Notes under the pieces: generated by a model
What the model was told of the DNA's origin: nothing
Databases searched by the model: none
Seen by the model: only the letters and a program-made list of their open reading frames with translations
Position numbers and translations under genes: made by a program
Shown: positions 18,869 through 28,516 of the stretch, in pieces
How positions within the stretch are numbered: the stretch's first letter is position 1
How the letters are laid out: each line of letters starts with the position of its first letter
Source: Chloroflexi bacterium OLB15
GTDB lineage: Bacteria > Chloroflexota > Anaerolineae > Aggregatilineales > Phototrophicaceae
Length of the DNA: 64,000 nt
Assembly (NCBI GenBank): GCA_001567085.1
Contig: LMZS01000062.1
Location: 10,658-74,657, forward strand
Direction: 5' to 3'

Positions 18869-20353
18869 ATGTTGTCTGCAACCGGAACAGTTTTACAACG
18901 CGCGACCCCAGAAAGTCAGGGTATTGATTCATCGGCTGTGCTCAAATTTGTAGAAGCGGCGGAGCAGCAGGTGCAGGAATTTCACAGCTTTATGCTGCTG
19001 CGGCATGGCAAAGTAGTGGCTGAGGGCTGGTGGTCGCCCTATGCGCCGCAATGCCCGCATATGCTGTTTTCATTGAGCAAGAGCTTTACCTCAACAGCAG
19101 TCGGCCTTGCGATTGAGGAAGGGCTGCTTTCGCTGGATGATACCGTGCTGTCATTCTTCCCTGATGACGCGCCTGCTGAGGTGAATCAGCATTTAGCCGC
19201 GATGCAGGTTCGGCATCTGCTGTCTATGTCTACCGGGCAGGAAGATGACACCATGCCGCCAATGTTTGAAGAGCCGGAAGGCCGCTACACCCGCGCCTTT
19301 TTCACCGTGCCGGTGCTGCACCAGCCGGGAACGTATTTCATGTACAACACAGGCGCTACCTATATGCTTTCGGCAATCGTGCAAAAGGTGAGCGGGCAGA
19401 AACTGTTCGACTATCTGACTCCGCGCCTGTTTCAGCCGCTGGGAATTGAAGGCGCATTCTGGGAACAATCGCCGCAGGGGATCAATATGGGCGGCTTTGG
19501 CTTGAACATAAAAACGGAAGATATTGCCCGATTCGGCCAGCTTTACCTGCAAAAAGGCAAATGGGAAGGCAGCCAGATCGTGCCCGAAGCGTGGGTAGCA
19601 GAAGCCACCGCGTTTCAGGTTTCCAACGGCAAGGACATGGAAAGCGATTGGGCGCAGGGGTACGGCTACCAGTTCTGGCGCTGTCGTCACAATTGCTACC
19701 GGGGCGATGGCGCTTTCGGGCAGTATTGCGTCGTGATGCCCGATCAGGATGCGGTGCTGGTGATCACTGGCGGGCTGCCAGAAATGCAGCCGCCGCTGAA
19801 TCTCGTATGGGATATTCTGCTTCCGGCGATGGGAACTGGCGCTTTGCCCGACGATGCACCCGCTCAGAATACATTGAAGGAAAAACTGGGCAATCTGGCA
19901 TTTGCGCCGGCACAGGGCGCAGAGGCATCGCCAACAGCGGCGAAAATATCTGGCCGCGTGTACCAGATGCAGAAAAACCCGCTGCAAGTTGAGTGTATCA
20001 CCCTGAATTTTGAGCGCGGTGAATGTGCCATCACCGTCAAAAATCCGTTTACTGAAGAAACCTATTCCTGTGGTTTCGGAAGATGGGCAAAAGGCGAGTC
20101 GAGCCTGTTCAATGAATTTCCCACACCTGAGGTTCGTAAAATCGCGGTCAGCGGTGCCTGGGTGGATGAGAACACTTTTAGCGTGATCGTCCGTCTGTAT
20201 GAAACGCCGTTCTTCATCAGGATGACGTACAGCTTTAACGGCGATGAGGTATTGCTGGAATCGCGGATCAATGTTGGCTTTGCAGCTCCAAAGGCGATTG
20301 TGATGGCCGGGAAAGCGAAAAAACGCCGGTTTGAGCGGAATACCATTTTGTAG
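18869..20353 (+). CDS. serine hydrolase (class C beta-lactamase/esterase family)
   Basis: SxxK motif SLSKSFT; YxN-like YMYNT; start moved to ATG 18869 because the upstream ORF extension is not protein-like. Confidence 0.85.
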   Translation: MLSATGTVLQRATPESQGIDSSAVLKFVEAAEQQVQEFHSFMLLRHGKVVAEGWWSPYAPQCPHMLFSLSKSFTSTAVGLAIEEGLLSLDDTVLSFFPDDAPAEVNQHLAAMQVRHLLSMSTGQEDDTMPPMFEEPEGRYTRAFFTVPVLHQPGTYFMYNTGATYMLSAIVQKVSGQKLFDYLTPRLFQPLGIEGAFWEQSPQGINMGGFGLNIKTEDIARFGQLYLQKGKWEGSQIVPEAWVAEATAFQVSNGKDMESDWAQGYGYQFWRCRHNCYRGDGAFGQYCVVMPDQDAVLVITGGLPEMQPPLNLVWDILLPAMGTGALPDDAPAQNTLKEKLGNLAFAPAQGAEASPTAAKISGRVYQMQKNPLQVECITLNFERGECAITVKNPFTEETYSCGFGRWAKGESSLFNEFPTPEVRKIAVSGAWVDENTFSVIVRLYETPFFIRMTYSFNGDEVLLESRINVGFAAPKAIVMAGKAKKRRFERNTIL

Positions 20354-20381
20354 GGGCAGCCTGCCAGAAGCCGCCCCTACA
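20349..20381. repeat. TGTAGGGGCA-type hairpin (copy 2) between convergent genes
   Basis: TGTAGGGGC ... GCCCCTACA 9-bp stem; includes the stop codon of the serine hydrolase gene. Confidence 0.6.
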
Positions 20382-20426
20382 GGGTTCTTTGTGCAGCGAA
20401 AATTGTATGGCGAAGATGTGTGCTGG

Positions 20427-21581
20427 CTAATTCAGCCGCTCGATAATCGTGCCTGTACCCATGCCGCCGCCGCAGCACATGGTTTGCAGCCCGAAGCGCT
20501 TGTCGTGAGTTTCCAGCGCGTGAAGCAGGGTGGTCATCAATCGCGCGCCGCTTGCTCCAAGCGGATGCCCGATGGCGATAGCCCCACCGTGTATGTTCAC
20601 TTTTGCCATATCTGCGCCGATCTCGCGCTTCCACATGCCGATCACGCTGGCAAAGGCCTCGTTCACCTCGAACAGGTCAATTTGCTCCAGTGACATGCCC
20701 GCTTTGGCTAAGGCTTTGCGAGTTGCTGCAATCGGGCCGGTGAGCATCAGGTGCGGATCGCTGCCAACTGTGATCGCAGACACGATCCGCGCGCGCGGGG
20801 TTAGCCCCAGTTCAGCCGCCGCTTTCGGCGTGGTCAGCAGTACCGCGCCAGCGCCATCGCTGATCTGGCTGCTGTTTCCGGCGGTAGTTACGCCTTCGGG
20901 GGAAAATGCGGGCTGTAGCGTCGCCATTTTTTCGAGATTGGCATTCGCGCGTACTCCCTGATCGCGGCTGACTTGAACCGGATTGTTCTCGTCATCTACG
21001 CCAGTCATGGCGAAAGTTTCGCGATCAAGCCAACCGCTGGCCTGTGCTTGCGCCGCTTTCATGTGGCTGTGGTAGCCGATTTCGTCCACTTCGGCGCGGC
21101 TGATGCCCCATTTTTGCGCGATTTCGTCCGACGCGATGCCCTGCGGAACTAAGTTGTAGGCATCCATCATTTCCGGCGTAAACGGGTTGCCATTGACGAG
21201 ACTGCTGCCCATCGGCACGCGGGACATATTTTCAACGCCGCCCGCGATCACAACTTCAGCTTGCCCGCTGGCGATCATGGCAGCGGCAAGATGTACGGCT
21301 TGCTGGCTGCTTCCGCATTGAAAATCGAGCGTGGTTGCCGGGATTTCGATGGGCAGTCCCGCATCCAGCACCACGTTTCGCGCCAGATTGAAGGTTTGTT
21401 CGCTGACTTGTGAGACGCAGCCCATCAGCACCTGATCGATTCGTGAGGCATCGAAATTTGTGCGTGCCAGCAGTTCGCACAGCGCCGCCGAACCCAGCTT
21501 AACCGGATGCGTTGCGCGAAACATGCCGTTTCTTCTGCCAACTGGCGTGCGTACAGCGTCAATAATGACGACTTCAGACAT
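20427..21581 (-). CDS. acetyl-CoA C-acetyltransferase (thiolase)
   Basis: Thiolase blocks: active Cys in LDFQCGSSQQAV, NEAFAS, GGAIAIGHPLGASG, CCGGGMGTG. Confidence 0.95.
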   Translation of the reverse strand: MSEVVIIDAVRTPVGRRNGMFRATHPVKLGSAALCELLARTNFDASRIDQVLMGCVSQVSEQTFNLARNVVLDAGLPIEIPATTLDFQCGSSQQAVHLAAAMIASGQAEVVIAGGVENMSRVPMGSSLVNGNPFTPEMMDAYNLVPQGIASDEIAQKWGISRAEVDEIGYHSHMKAAQAQASGWLDRETFAMTGVDDENNPVQVSRDQGVRANANLEKMATLQPAFSPEGVTTAGNSSQISDGAGAVLLTTPKAAAELGLTPRARIVSAITVGSDPHLMLTGPIAATRKALAKAGMSLEQIDLFEVNEAFASVIGMWKREIGADMAKVNIHGGAIAIGHPLGASGARLMTTLLHALETHDKRFGLQTMCCGGGMGTGTIIERLN

Positions 21582-21724
21582 GAAAACCTTCCTGGGTAAG
21601 CGCTATCAATGAGCCTATTGTGGCATGAAATGGGGGACAGATGAAAATTTTAAGACAAATTGAGGCGTGTATCGGGCTAGCGTGCCGCGCTGCCCGCGCT
21701 CAAGTCATAGGTCAGCATGTGTGG

Positions 21725-21744
21725 GGGCGGTTTGCGAACCGCCC
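21725..21744. repeat. related GC hairpin (TGTGGGGGC variant)
   Basis: GGGCGGTT-TGCG-AACCGCCC 8-bp stem in the thiolase/ada intergenic region. Confidence 0.4.
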
Positions 21745-21814
21745 GTAAGTTCGCGGCAGGCGAGAATCGCAAGGACCGCATTTCGCGCTCAAAATACGCC
21801 ATCTGAACGCGCCT

Positions 21815-22870
21815 TCAGCCCTGTTCGCTGGCAAGCAGTTCGCGTTTGCGCTCGATGCCCCACTTATAGCCGCGTAATTCACCAGAACTGCCGATCACGC
21901 GGTGGCAGGGGATGATCAACGCCAGCTTGTTGCTGCCACAGGCGGCGGCTACCGCGCGCGCTGCGGTGGGTTCGCCGATGGCGCTGGCGACTTCGCCATA
22001 AGTTCGGGTTTCGCCGCGCGGAATCCTGGTCAGCGCCTGCCATACTTTCCACTGAAAGGCCGTCGCTTGAACATCCCACCGCAGATCGGGCAGGGGCGCG
22101 CCGCTGTCAATATGTTCAACGACCCGCTGCGCCAGTGATGCCAGCGTTTCATCGTGGGCAATAGACGCCTGCGGGTATTCGTGAATCAGGGCTGCGGTGG
22201 CTGATGGCGTATCGTCATACAACCCGACGGCACACACGCCGCGATCCGTAAGCGCGATTAACAGGGTGCCGTAGTGGGTGGGATGCGCCGTGTAGTTGAT
22301 CTGTATCCCTTTGGCCTGCTGGCGATATTGCGCCGGAGTCATGCCTAACTGCTGGGTGGCTTTTTCATAGACGCGGCTGGGCGAGCCATAACCTGCTTCA
22401 TAGATAGCTTCGGTCACGCTGCCAGCGGCGCGCAGGGTGTTCTTAAAATGATCCAGCCGCCGCGCTTCTGCATACTGGCGTGGGCTGATACCCAACACCG
22501 AGCGAAACGTTTCTTGCAGGTATTGGGGCGCAAAATGAAACTGCTGTGCCAGCGCCTCAAGCGTCGTTTCAGAGGAGTTTCCGGCATGTTCATTCAGGTA
22601 ATCGCAAACCGACTGTACCAGTTCAATGCGCGGATTCGTAAGTTTTGCCGAGCGCGGTTGGCAGCGTTTGCAGGCGCGGTATCCAGCAGCTTCAGCAGCG
22701 GCGGGCAGGGCGAAAAACTCAACATTTTCGCGGTTTGGCTGGCGCGAGTTGCAGGATGGGCGGCAGTAAATGTGCGTCGTGCGTACTGCATACACAAATT
22801 CGCCATCCGCCTCTTTATCGCGGGTTTGTACTGCCTGCCAGCGCAGTTCTGCCGATTCTGGATTCAACAT
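21815..22870 (-). CDS. ada: bifunctional Ada-type regulator/O6-methylguanine-DNA methyltransferase
   Basis: N-terminal Ada zinc domain (CRPSCNSR ... CKRCQP), AraC HTH pair, C-terminal MGMT motif IPCHRV; ATG 22870 has a GGAGAG RBS (track start TTG 22882). Confidence 0.9.
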   Translation of the reverse strand: MLNPESAELRWQAVQTRDKEADGEFVYAVRTTHIYCRPSCNSRQPNRENVEFFALPAAAEAAGYRACKRCQPRSAKLTNPRIELVQSVCDYLNEHAGNSSETTLEALAQQFHFAPQYLQETFRSVLGISPRQYAEARRLDHFKNTLRAAGSVTEAIYEAGYGSPSRVYEKATQQLGMTPAQYRQQAKGIQINYTAHPTHYGTLLIALTDRGVCAVGLYDDTPSATAALIHEYPQASIAHDETLASLAQRVVEHIDSGAPLPDLRWDVQATAFQWKVWQALTRIPRGETRTYGEVASAIGEPTAARAVAAACGSNKLALIIPCHRVIGSSGELRGYKWGIERKRELLASEQG

Positions 22871-23139
22871 GTTTCTCTCCAATACCTATCTTAACCCATT
22901 GTAGACGGGCAGGCGCTGGCGCTCTATCCGTTTTCATGGCTGCAATTGTGTTCCTTCGTGAATCTCGCGGATCAATTCCAGGAAAGGCGGGATGGAAAGC
23001 CTGAGGCGTGCTGAAACCCACCATATATTGGGTGATTTATACGACTGAAGCGGCCTTCCTATAGTGTTAATTGTCTAAATGATCCGTATAATGACGGTAT
23101 AACAACCGGTAGTTTTGATTTTTGACAGGTAGAAGAACG

Positions 23140-23607
23140 ATGAAAACAATTTTGGTGCAGATGGCAGATACCAAATGGACAAAATCCGCGATCAGCGCGG
23201 CCTGCGATCTGGCGCGTGAATCTGGCGCGGAAATTGTGCTAGCCAGAATGTTATCTGCCTCATTCCTCAACTGGCGGGGTATGACAGTGGATGAGTACGT
23301 GTTCACTGACGCGGAATGTGAAGATATTTACGCCTATGAAGAAATTGCGCGCAAAGCCAATGTTCCTATTCGCAGCATGATTTTTGAGTATCACGACCTT
23401 GCTGACGGGCTGGCAAAAGCCGCAGCAGCGGTGGATGCGGACAGGGTGATTGCCCAGATGCCGCATGAAACTTTACCCATAGGCGAAAGCCTTGAGTTGA
23501 AGTACATGGAGCGTCTGATGGCCGCCCGCCGTCAGCAGCTTTACACGGTCAAGCAGCCAGCAGCGAAAACCGCCGGCTGGAAGCCGCAGGTTGAAGCGGC
23601 ACACTAA
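23140..23607 (+). CDS. hypothetical protein, universal-stress-protein-like fold (weak)
   Basis: MKTILVQMAD ... EIVLARM ... ADRVI pattern resembles USP; no clear ATP-binding G-x2-G-x9-G(S/T) motif. Confidence 0.5.
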   Translation: MKTILVQMADTKWTKSAISAACDLARESGAEIVLARMLSASFLNWRGMTVDEYVFTDAECEDIYAYEEIARKANVPIRSMIFEYHDLADGLAKAAAAVDADRVIAQMPHETLPIGESLELKYMERLMAARRQQLYTVKQPAAKTAGWKPQVEAAH

Positions 23608-23729
23608 GCGCCAGGTTGCAGCAGTCAGCAGCGCCGCGCGGAGCGTATGATTATGCTCCGCGTTTTATTTCGTGCCGATTGCGTCATAATGGGTCATTTG
23701 CCCTTGCATACTGAGGTAGCATAGGGAAT

Positions 23730-24218
23730 ATGCTCATTCGCGATATGCGGAACAGCGATTGGGAAGCTGTCTGCGCGATTTATCTTGAAGGCATCGCTAC
23801 AGGCGTGGCAACTTTTGAAACCAGCGCGCCGGAATGGGGGCGTTGGGATGCGGCGCATCTTCGCGAGCCGCGTTTGGTTGCCGAGCTGGATGGGCGGGTG
23901 AGCGCGTGGGCGGCACTCAGCGCAGTTTCTTCGCGGGCGGTCTATCGCGGCGTGGCTGAAGTCACCATTTATGTGGCGTCGGCGGCGCAGGGGCGGGGGA
24001 TCGGCAAACAACTGCTTAAACAGTTGATCGCGAGATCTGAGGAAGCTGGCTTTTGGACGCTGCAATCGGCCATTTTTGCCGCCAATATCGCCAGCATCGC
24101 TTTGCATCATACCTGTGGCTTTCGCGTGGTTGGGCAGCGGGAACGTATCGGCCAGCTTCACGGCGTGTGGCATGATACCGTGTTGATGGAACGGCGCAGC
24201 CCGACGATTGGCCGCTAG
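23730..24218 (+). CDS. GNAT N-acetyltransferase (phosphinothricin/MSO acetyltransferase-like)
   Basis: Acetyl-CoA motif QGRGIGKQLLKQLI; PAT-like blocks ATFETSAPEW and GFRVVGQRERIGQLHGVWHDTVLMERR. Confidence 0.85.
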   Translation: MLIRDMRNSDWEAVCAIYLEGIATGVATFETSAPEWGRWDAAHLREPRLVAELDGRVSAWAALSAVSSRAVYRGVAEVTIYVASAAQGRGIGKQLLKQLIARSEEAGFWTLQSAIFAANIASIALHHTCGFRVVGQRERIGQLHGVWHDTVLMERRSPTIGR

Positions 24219-24274
24219 GTTAGCGATAGATTTCAACGCTCCACACCTATTTTTTGCACACTAAGGAGTTCGGC

Positions 24275-24880
24275 ATGTCTGAAACGAACTATTCAGTCGG
24301 GCAAGACCTTAAAGAAGCCCGCGCTATGGTAGATGGCCTTGATCGGTATATTCGGGGCAACGATATTTACGGGCGCGTTGGCAGCGGCGGCATCTTTTCG
24401 ATGTCGCAAATGCCCAGCCTGACGCTTGGCGCGTTGTTGATGCGCCTGCGCCGCTTGCAAGCCCTGCGCGATACCCTGAACCCGCAGCAGCAAGCAGAGC
24501 TTGACCAATTGATCGCCGCTAACGAAAAGACGCGAAATGAGTGGCGCGAACATTATCATAGCAAGTTGGAACGTGAGGCGATTTCCCGCTTGAAGGCCAT
24601 GTCTACCTTCTTTGAGGAAATACGAGATAACCCGAAACTGGCTGCCACCAGCTACCAACCCGAAGCGCTGCGCCGCACGATTGCCCAGGTGCTGCGAGAC
24701 ACAATGCTGGCTGAAGGGATGCCGGTGGATAAGGTGGATGGCGAGATGGGGGCGGTAGACAGCCGCTTGCGCCGCTGGTTTAACAAAGGCAAGTTCATCT
24801 GGGCAGCGGCGCTTGAGCCAGCCTATCCGGAACAGCCTTACTGGTGGCTGTATGTCGAGCCGAAGCCATCCAGCAAATGA
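24275..24880 (+). CDS. hypothetical protein
   Basis: AAGGAG RBS 6 nt before ATG 24275; helical, charged 201 aa protein; no motif recognised. Confidence 0.6.
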   Translation: MSETNYSVGQDLKEARAMVDGLDRYIRGNDIYGRVGSGGIFSMSQMPSLTLGALLMRLRRLQALRDTLNPQQQAELDQLIAANEKTRNEWREHYHSKLEREAISRLKAMSTFFEEIRDNPKLAATSYQPEALRRTIAQVLRDTMLAEGMPVDKVDGEMGAVDSRLRRWFNKGKFIWAAALEPAYPEQPYWWLYVEPKPSSK

Positions 24881-24905
24881 AGCTGTGCGTACAGGGTATG
24901 CAAAA

Positions 24906-24926
24906 GGGCAAGCCAGCGGCCTGCCC
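24906..24926. terminator. GC hairpin between convergent genes
   Basis: GGGCAAGCC-AGC-GGCCTGCCC, 9-bp stem with one mismatch. Confidence 0.45.
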
Positions 24927-24942
24927 TCTTGACCCTTGATGA

Positions 24943-25818
24943 TTATTTCAGCGTTGCGGCTTCTCGCTGGAAACGAACAGCGTTGCCATCCTGATCTCTG
25001 GCGACAATGAAGCCTTCGCCGGTTTCAACCACCGAACCAGCCGCCTGAAGCCGATCTGAAAGCGCAGCAAAGCCGGCATCTTCTGGCACAATCACGCTGT
25101 ATTCCAGCAGGCCGATAGCCCCTTCCGGCGGCGGCAGCTTGCCCGCCCAGATATTCAGACCGATATGATGGTGATAGCCGCCCGCCGCCACGAACAGCGC
25201 GCCGGGATAACCCCGAACGATCACGTCAAATCCGGTAAGGTCTGAATAGAACGCTTCGGCTTTAGCCAGGTCGCTAACGTGTAAATGCATGTGGCCGATA
25301 TCTGTTTCCGGCGCAATGCCCGTCCAGCGGCGATCATCGGCTTCGTCCAGCAGCGCTTCAACATTAAGCGGCAGGGTATCCATGCGAACGCGCATACCCT
25401 CCGCGCCATACTGCCATTCACTTCGCGGCTTATCGCGGTATAACTCAATCCCGTTGTTATCGGGATCGGGCAAGTACAGCGCTTCGCTCACCAGATGATC
25501 ACTAAAGCCCTGAAACGGCACTTCGCGCATGACCAACCGCCGGAACAGGTTGGCAAGGTCTACCCGCGTGGGCAGCCGGATCGCGACATGATATAAGCCG
25601 GTGCTGCGCGGCGGCTTAGGCGGGGCATTCGGGCTTTCGGTCAGCTTCAGATGAATCGTTTTGCCATCAGCAGAAAGGTAAGCCGTATCACCCTCACGCT
25701 TGAGTTCATGCAAGCCGACACTATCAGCATAAAATGCGAGCGACGTAGGCAGATGGCGCACCCGCAGGTGGGCGTAACCGATTTGGGCTGCGTCGGGTAA
25801 GTGTATTTGATTGCTCAT
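24943..25818 (-). CDS. VOC family protein (two-module glyoxalase/extradiol dioxygenase fold)
   Basis: Two repeated VOC modules (HLRVRHL ... YHVAIRL and HMHLHVSDL ... HHHIGLN). Confidence 0.8.
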   Translation of the reverse strand: MSNQIHLPDAAQIGYAHLRVRHLPTSLAFYADSVGLHELKREGDTAYLSADGKTIHLKLTESPNAPPKPPRSTGLYHVAIRLPTRVDLANLFRRLVMREVPFQGFSDHLVSEALYLPDPDNNGIELYRDKPRSEWQYGAEGMRVRMDTLPLNVEALLDEADDRRWTGIAPETDIGHMHLHVSDLAKAEAFYSDLTGFDVIVRGYPGALFVAAGGYHHHIGLNIWAGKLPPPEGAIGLLEYSVIVPEDAGFAALSDRLQAAGSVVETGEGFIVARDQDGNAVRFQREAATLK

Positions 25819-25850
25819 TTCGTTTTGTTTTCCCGTTTGGGTGGGCGGTT

Positions 25851-25870
25851 GCCCCTACAATTTGAATATG
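25851..25870 (-). repeat. TGTAGGGGCA-type degenerate hairpin (copy 3) downstream of the SDR gene
   Basis: Minus strand reads TTGTAGGGGCAACCGCCCAC; same 10-mer, imperfect second arm. Confidence 0.4.
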
Positions 25871-25914
25871 CGGTAGGCTAATTAGACGCTGTCTAACGCG
25901 CAAATTATACGCAG

Positions 25915-26673
25915 CTACATCGCGGTTAATCCGCCGTCAATTGCCAGTGCTTGCCCGGTGATGAACGAAGCCTTATCTGAACACAGCCAGATGACTGCTT
26001 CAGCCGTTTCTTCGGGCGTGCCCAGCCGCCGTAACGGATTTCCGCGAACAGAATCGGCTAATTCCGGCGCAGCTTCCAGCATCGAAGCCACCATCGGCGT
26101 ATCGGTGAAACCGGGGCATACGGCATTGACGCGAATTTTACTGCGGGCATACTCAAGGGCAGCAGTTTTGGTCAGCCCGATTACCCCGTGTTTGCTGGCG
26201 CTGTAAGCGGATGCGCCGCGAAAGCCGACCAATCCGGCGGCTGAAGCCATATTCACAATCGCGCCGCCGCCGCTGGCCTGCATCGCCTGAACTTCTGAGC
26301 GCAGGCACAGCCACACGCCTTTGAGATTGACCGCCAGCACGTCATCCCATTCGGCTTCAGTTTTCTGATGAAGCATCCCTAGCGCGCCGCCGATCCCGGC
26401 ATTATTGAAGGCGAAATCTAGCCGCCCGAAGGTGTGTACCGTTTGTGCCACCAGATTTTCAACGTCTGCGCGGCGGGCAACATCGCAGGCGGCGGCTAAA
26501 GCCTCACCGCCAGATTCAACGATCATCGCGGCGGTTGCTTCTGCGCCAGTGAGGTGAAGATCAGAAACTACTACGGCAGCCCCTTCCCGCGAAAATGCCA
26601 GCGCTGCTGCGCGGCCAATGCCAGATGCAGCACCCGTAACCAGCGCAACTTTCGCGTGAAAGAGGGGCATCAT
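25915..26673 (-). CDS. SDR family oxidoreductase
   Basis: TGAASGIG cofactor motif, NNAG, catalytic YSASK; start placed at ATG 26673 after AAAGGA. Confidence 0.9.
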   Translation of the reverse strand: MMPLFHAKVALVTGAASGIGRAAALAFSREGAAVVVSDLHLTGAEATAAMIVESGGEALAAACDVARRADVENLVAQTVHTFGRLDFAFNNAGIGGALGMLHQKTEAEWDDVLAVNLKGVWLCLRSEVQAMQASGGGAIVNMASAAGLVGFRGASAYSASKHGVIGLTKTAALEYARSKIRVNAVCPGFTDTPMVASMLEAAPELADSVRGNPLRRLGTPEETAEAVIWLCSDKASFITGQALAIDGGLTAM

Positions 26674-26987
26674 AAATCCTTTCATCAATGAAGCATAATT
26701 CCAACCGAGTATATAAAGAAATGTTAGCGAATATCCAATGTTCAAAAATTTGACTCTGGAAACACTAAAAGTTTCGATTATTATTATGGAGCAATGTGGT
26801 CAGATTGGGGCGGTTTGGCCTCAACCACATGGGTGTTGTGGTTGGACACCTAAGCCAGTAAGAAGACATCGCGGTAATTTACCAGTGACGTTTTCCAGGA
26901 ATACCTTTTAGACTTCCTCGCAATTTTGGAATTCTGTGTACTTCAAGGCTAAAGCAAACCACAAATTCCCCGGAGGAATAGGTACAA

Positions 26988-27200
26988 ATGGCACGCACAC
27001 AAGGTACGGTCAAGTGGTTTAACGGCGAAAAGGGCTACGGGTTTATTACCCCCGAAGAAGGCCCCGATCTGTTCGTTCACTACACCGAAATTCAGGGCAC
27101 CGGCTACCGCTCTCTCAACGAAGGTGACAAGGTTGAATTCGTGATCACCGACGGCAAGAAGGGCAAGCAGGCCAGCGCTGTTACCGTCGTCAATCGCTAA
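26988..27200 (+). CDS. cspA: cold-shock protein (CspA family)
   Basis: [15 protein letters not shown] (RNP1) and DLFVHY (RNP2); 70 aa; GGAGGA RBS; terminator follows. Confidence 0.97.
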   Translation: MARTQGTVKWFNGEKGYGFITPEEGPDLFVHYTEIQGTGYRSLNEGDKVEFVITDGKKGKQASAVTVVNR

Positions 27201-27221
27201 ATTCCACGCTGATTGATAAAA

Positions 27222-27249
27222 GCCCGCTTCCAATCGGAGGCGGGTTTTT
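27222..27249 (+). terminator. rho-independent terminator of cspA
   Basis: GCCCGCTTCC-AATC-GGAGGCGGG stem (one G-U) followed by TTTTT. Confidence 0.8.
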
Positions 27250-27490
27250 GTTTGCCGCAGTTGCCCATCCTACAGCATAAAAACGAATAGATTTCCGGCA
27301 TCCATAAAGCTGAGATTCCGCGCTAGTTGAAACATTTTTTATAATTCTGCGTAAGAGTTTTTATTCAATAATCTGTGCGATTCTCTTAAATCAAAAATAG
27401 AGGGCAGCGCATCGCCTTATCTGCCTGTGCAGAAGTAAGCCTAAAGGGCTGAGGCTAAAAGCCGTAGATGATTTAAAAGGGGGGAAATCT

Positions 27491-28498
27491 ATGCAATCTG
27501 CCTTAGTGCGCGTTCTGGAACTGAGCAAAACATTCAAGCGAAATGGGGGAGAAACCTTTTTCGCGGTTAAGGATGTTAGCTTCGATATTCAGCGTGGGGA
27601 AATTTTTAGCTTGCTGGGGCCAAATGGCGCGGGCAAAACCACGACGATCTCCATGATCAGCGGGCTGCTGACGCCAACGAAAGGCGATGCCACAATTGAC
27701 GGGCATTCGATCACCAAAGAGCCGCTGGTGGCGAAGCGGCTTCTTGGCGTTGTGCCGCAGGAAATTGCCCTCTATCCCGCGTTAAGCGCCCGCCAAAATC
27801 TAGAGTTTTTTGGCAAGTTATACGGGCTGCGCGGCGGCGGCCTGAAGCGGGCGGTTGATGAAACGCTCGACCTGATTGATTTGAAGGATCGCCAGAAAGA
27901 CAAGTTGGAACATTTTTCTGGCGGGATGAAGCGGCGGGTGAATATTGGCGTTGGGCTGCTGCACAAGCCGCAGTTGATCTATATGGATGAGCCGACAGTA
28001 GGCATTGATCCGCAGAATCGCCGCCGTATTCTGGATACTGTCCTGCGCCTGCGTGACGAAATGAAAATGTCGGTGCTGTACACCTCGCATTTGATGGAGG
28101 AAGTTCAGGAGATTAGCAATCGTGTTGGCATCATTGATCACGGCCAGTTGATCGCTATGGGTACCGTTGGCGAACTGATCCAGAAAGTTGGCGAAGAAGA
28201 TCGGCTGATTTTCACGCTTGAGTCGGATCGGGTAGATGAGAACATCATCCAGCGCCTGAAAAGCGAAATTCCCACAATAACTTCTGCCCAATTCGATCCG
28301 CGGGCTAGCGATAACCCCGATGCCGCCAGCATGAGCGCAGGCAAATTGACCGTTTTTGCAACGCGGGGACGCAAGGCGCTTCCAGACATTATTCGCATCG
28401 CCAATGAAGCAGGGTTAGGGATCGTATCGGTTGAAGTTCGTGAGCCTGATCTGGAGGCTGTTTTTCTGCATCTCACTGGCCGCGCGCTGCGTGACTAA
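27491..28498 (+). CDS. ABC transporter ATP-binding protein (ABC-2/DrrA-like exporter)
   Basis: Walker A GPNGAGKTT, signature FSGGMKRR, Walker B IYMDEPT. Confidence 0.93.
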   Translation: MQSALVRVLELSKTFKRNGGETFFAVKDVSFDIQRGEIFSLLGPNGAGKTTTISMISGLLTPTKGDATIDGHSITKEPLVAKRLLGVVPQEIALYPALSARQNLEFFGKLYGLRGGGLKRAVDETLDLIDLKDRQKDKLEHFSGGMKRRVNIGVGLLHKPQLIYMDEPTVGIDPQNRRRILDTVLRLRDEMKMSVLYTSHLMEEVQEISNRVGIIDHGQLIAMGTVGELIQKVGEEDRLIFTLESDRVDENIIQRLKSEIPTITSAQFDPRASDNPDAASMSAGKLTVFATRGRKALPDIIRIANEAGLGIVSVEVREPDLEAVFLHLTGRALRD

Positions 28499-28516
28499 TT
28501 GACGGAGATGCTGACG

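Noticed and set aside
19193-19987. 264-aa minus-strand ORF inside the serine hydrolase gene. The same issue applies to 6396-7013, 8327-9016, 9264-10055 and 23694-24236.
   Set aside because: All are antisense to genes with clear catalytic motifs and have Arg/His/Cys-rich low-complexity translations.
27327-27345. TTGAAA ... TATAAT promoter-like hexamers upstream of the ABC-2 operon
   Set aside because: Only 7 nt separate the two hexamers, and no acceptable -35 lies 16-18 nt upstream of the TATAAT.
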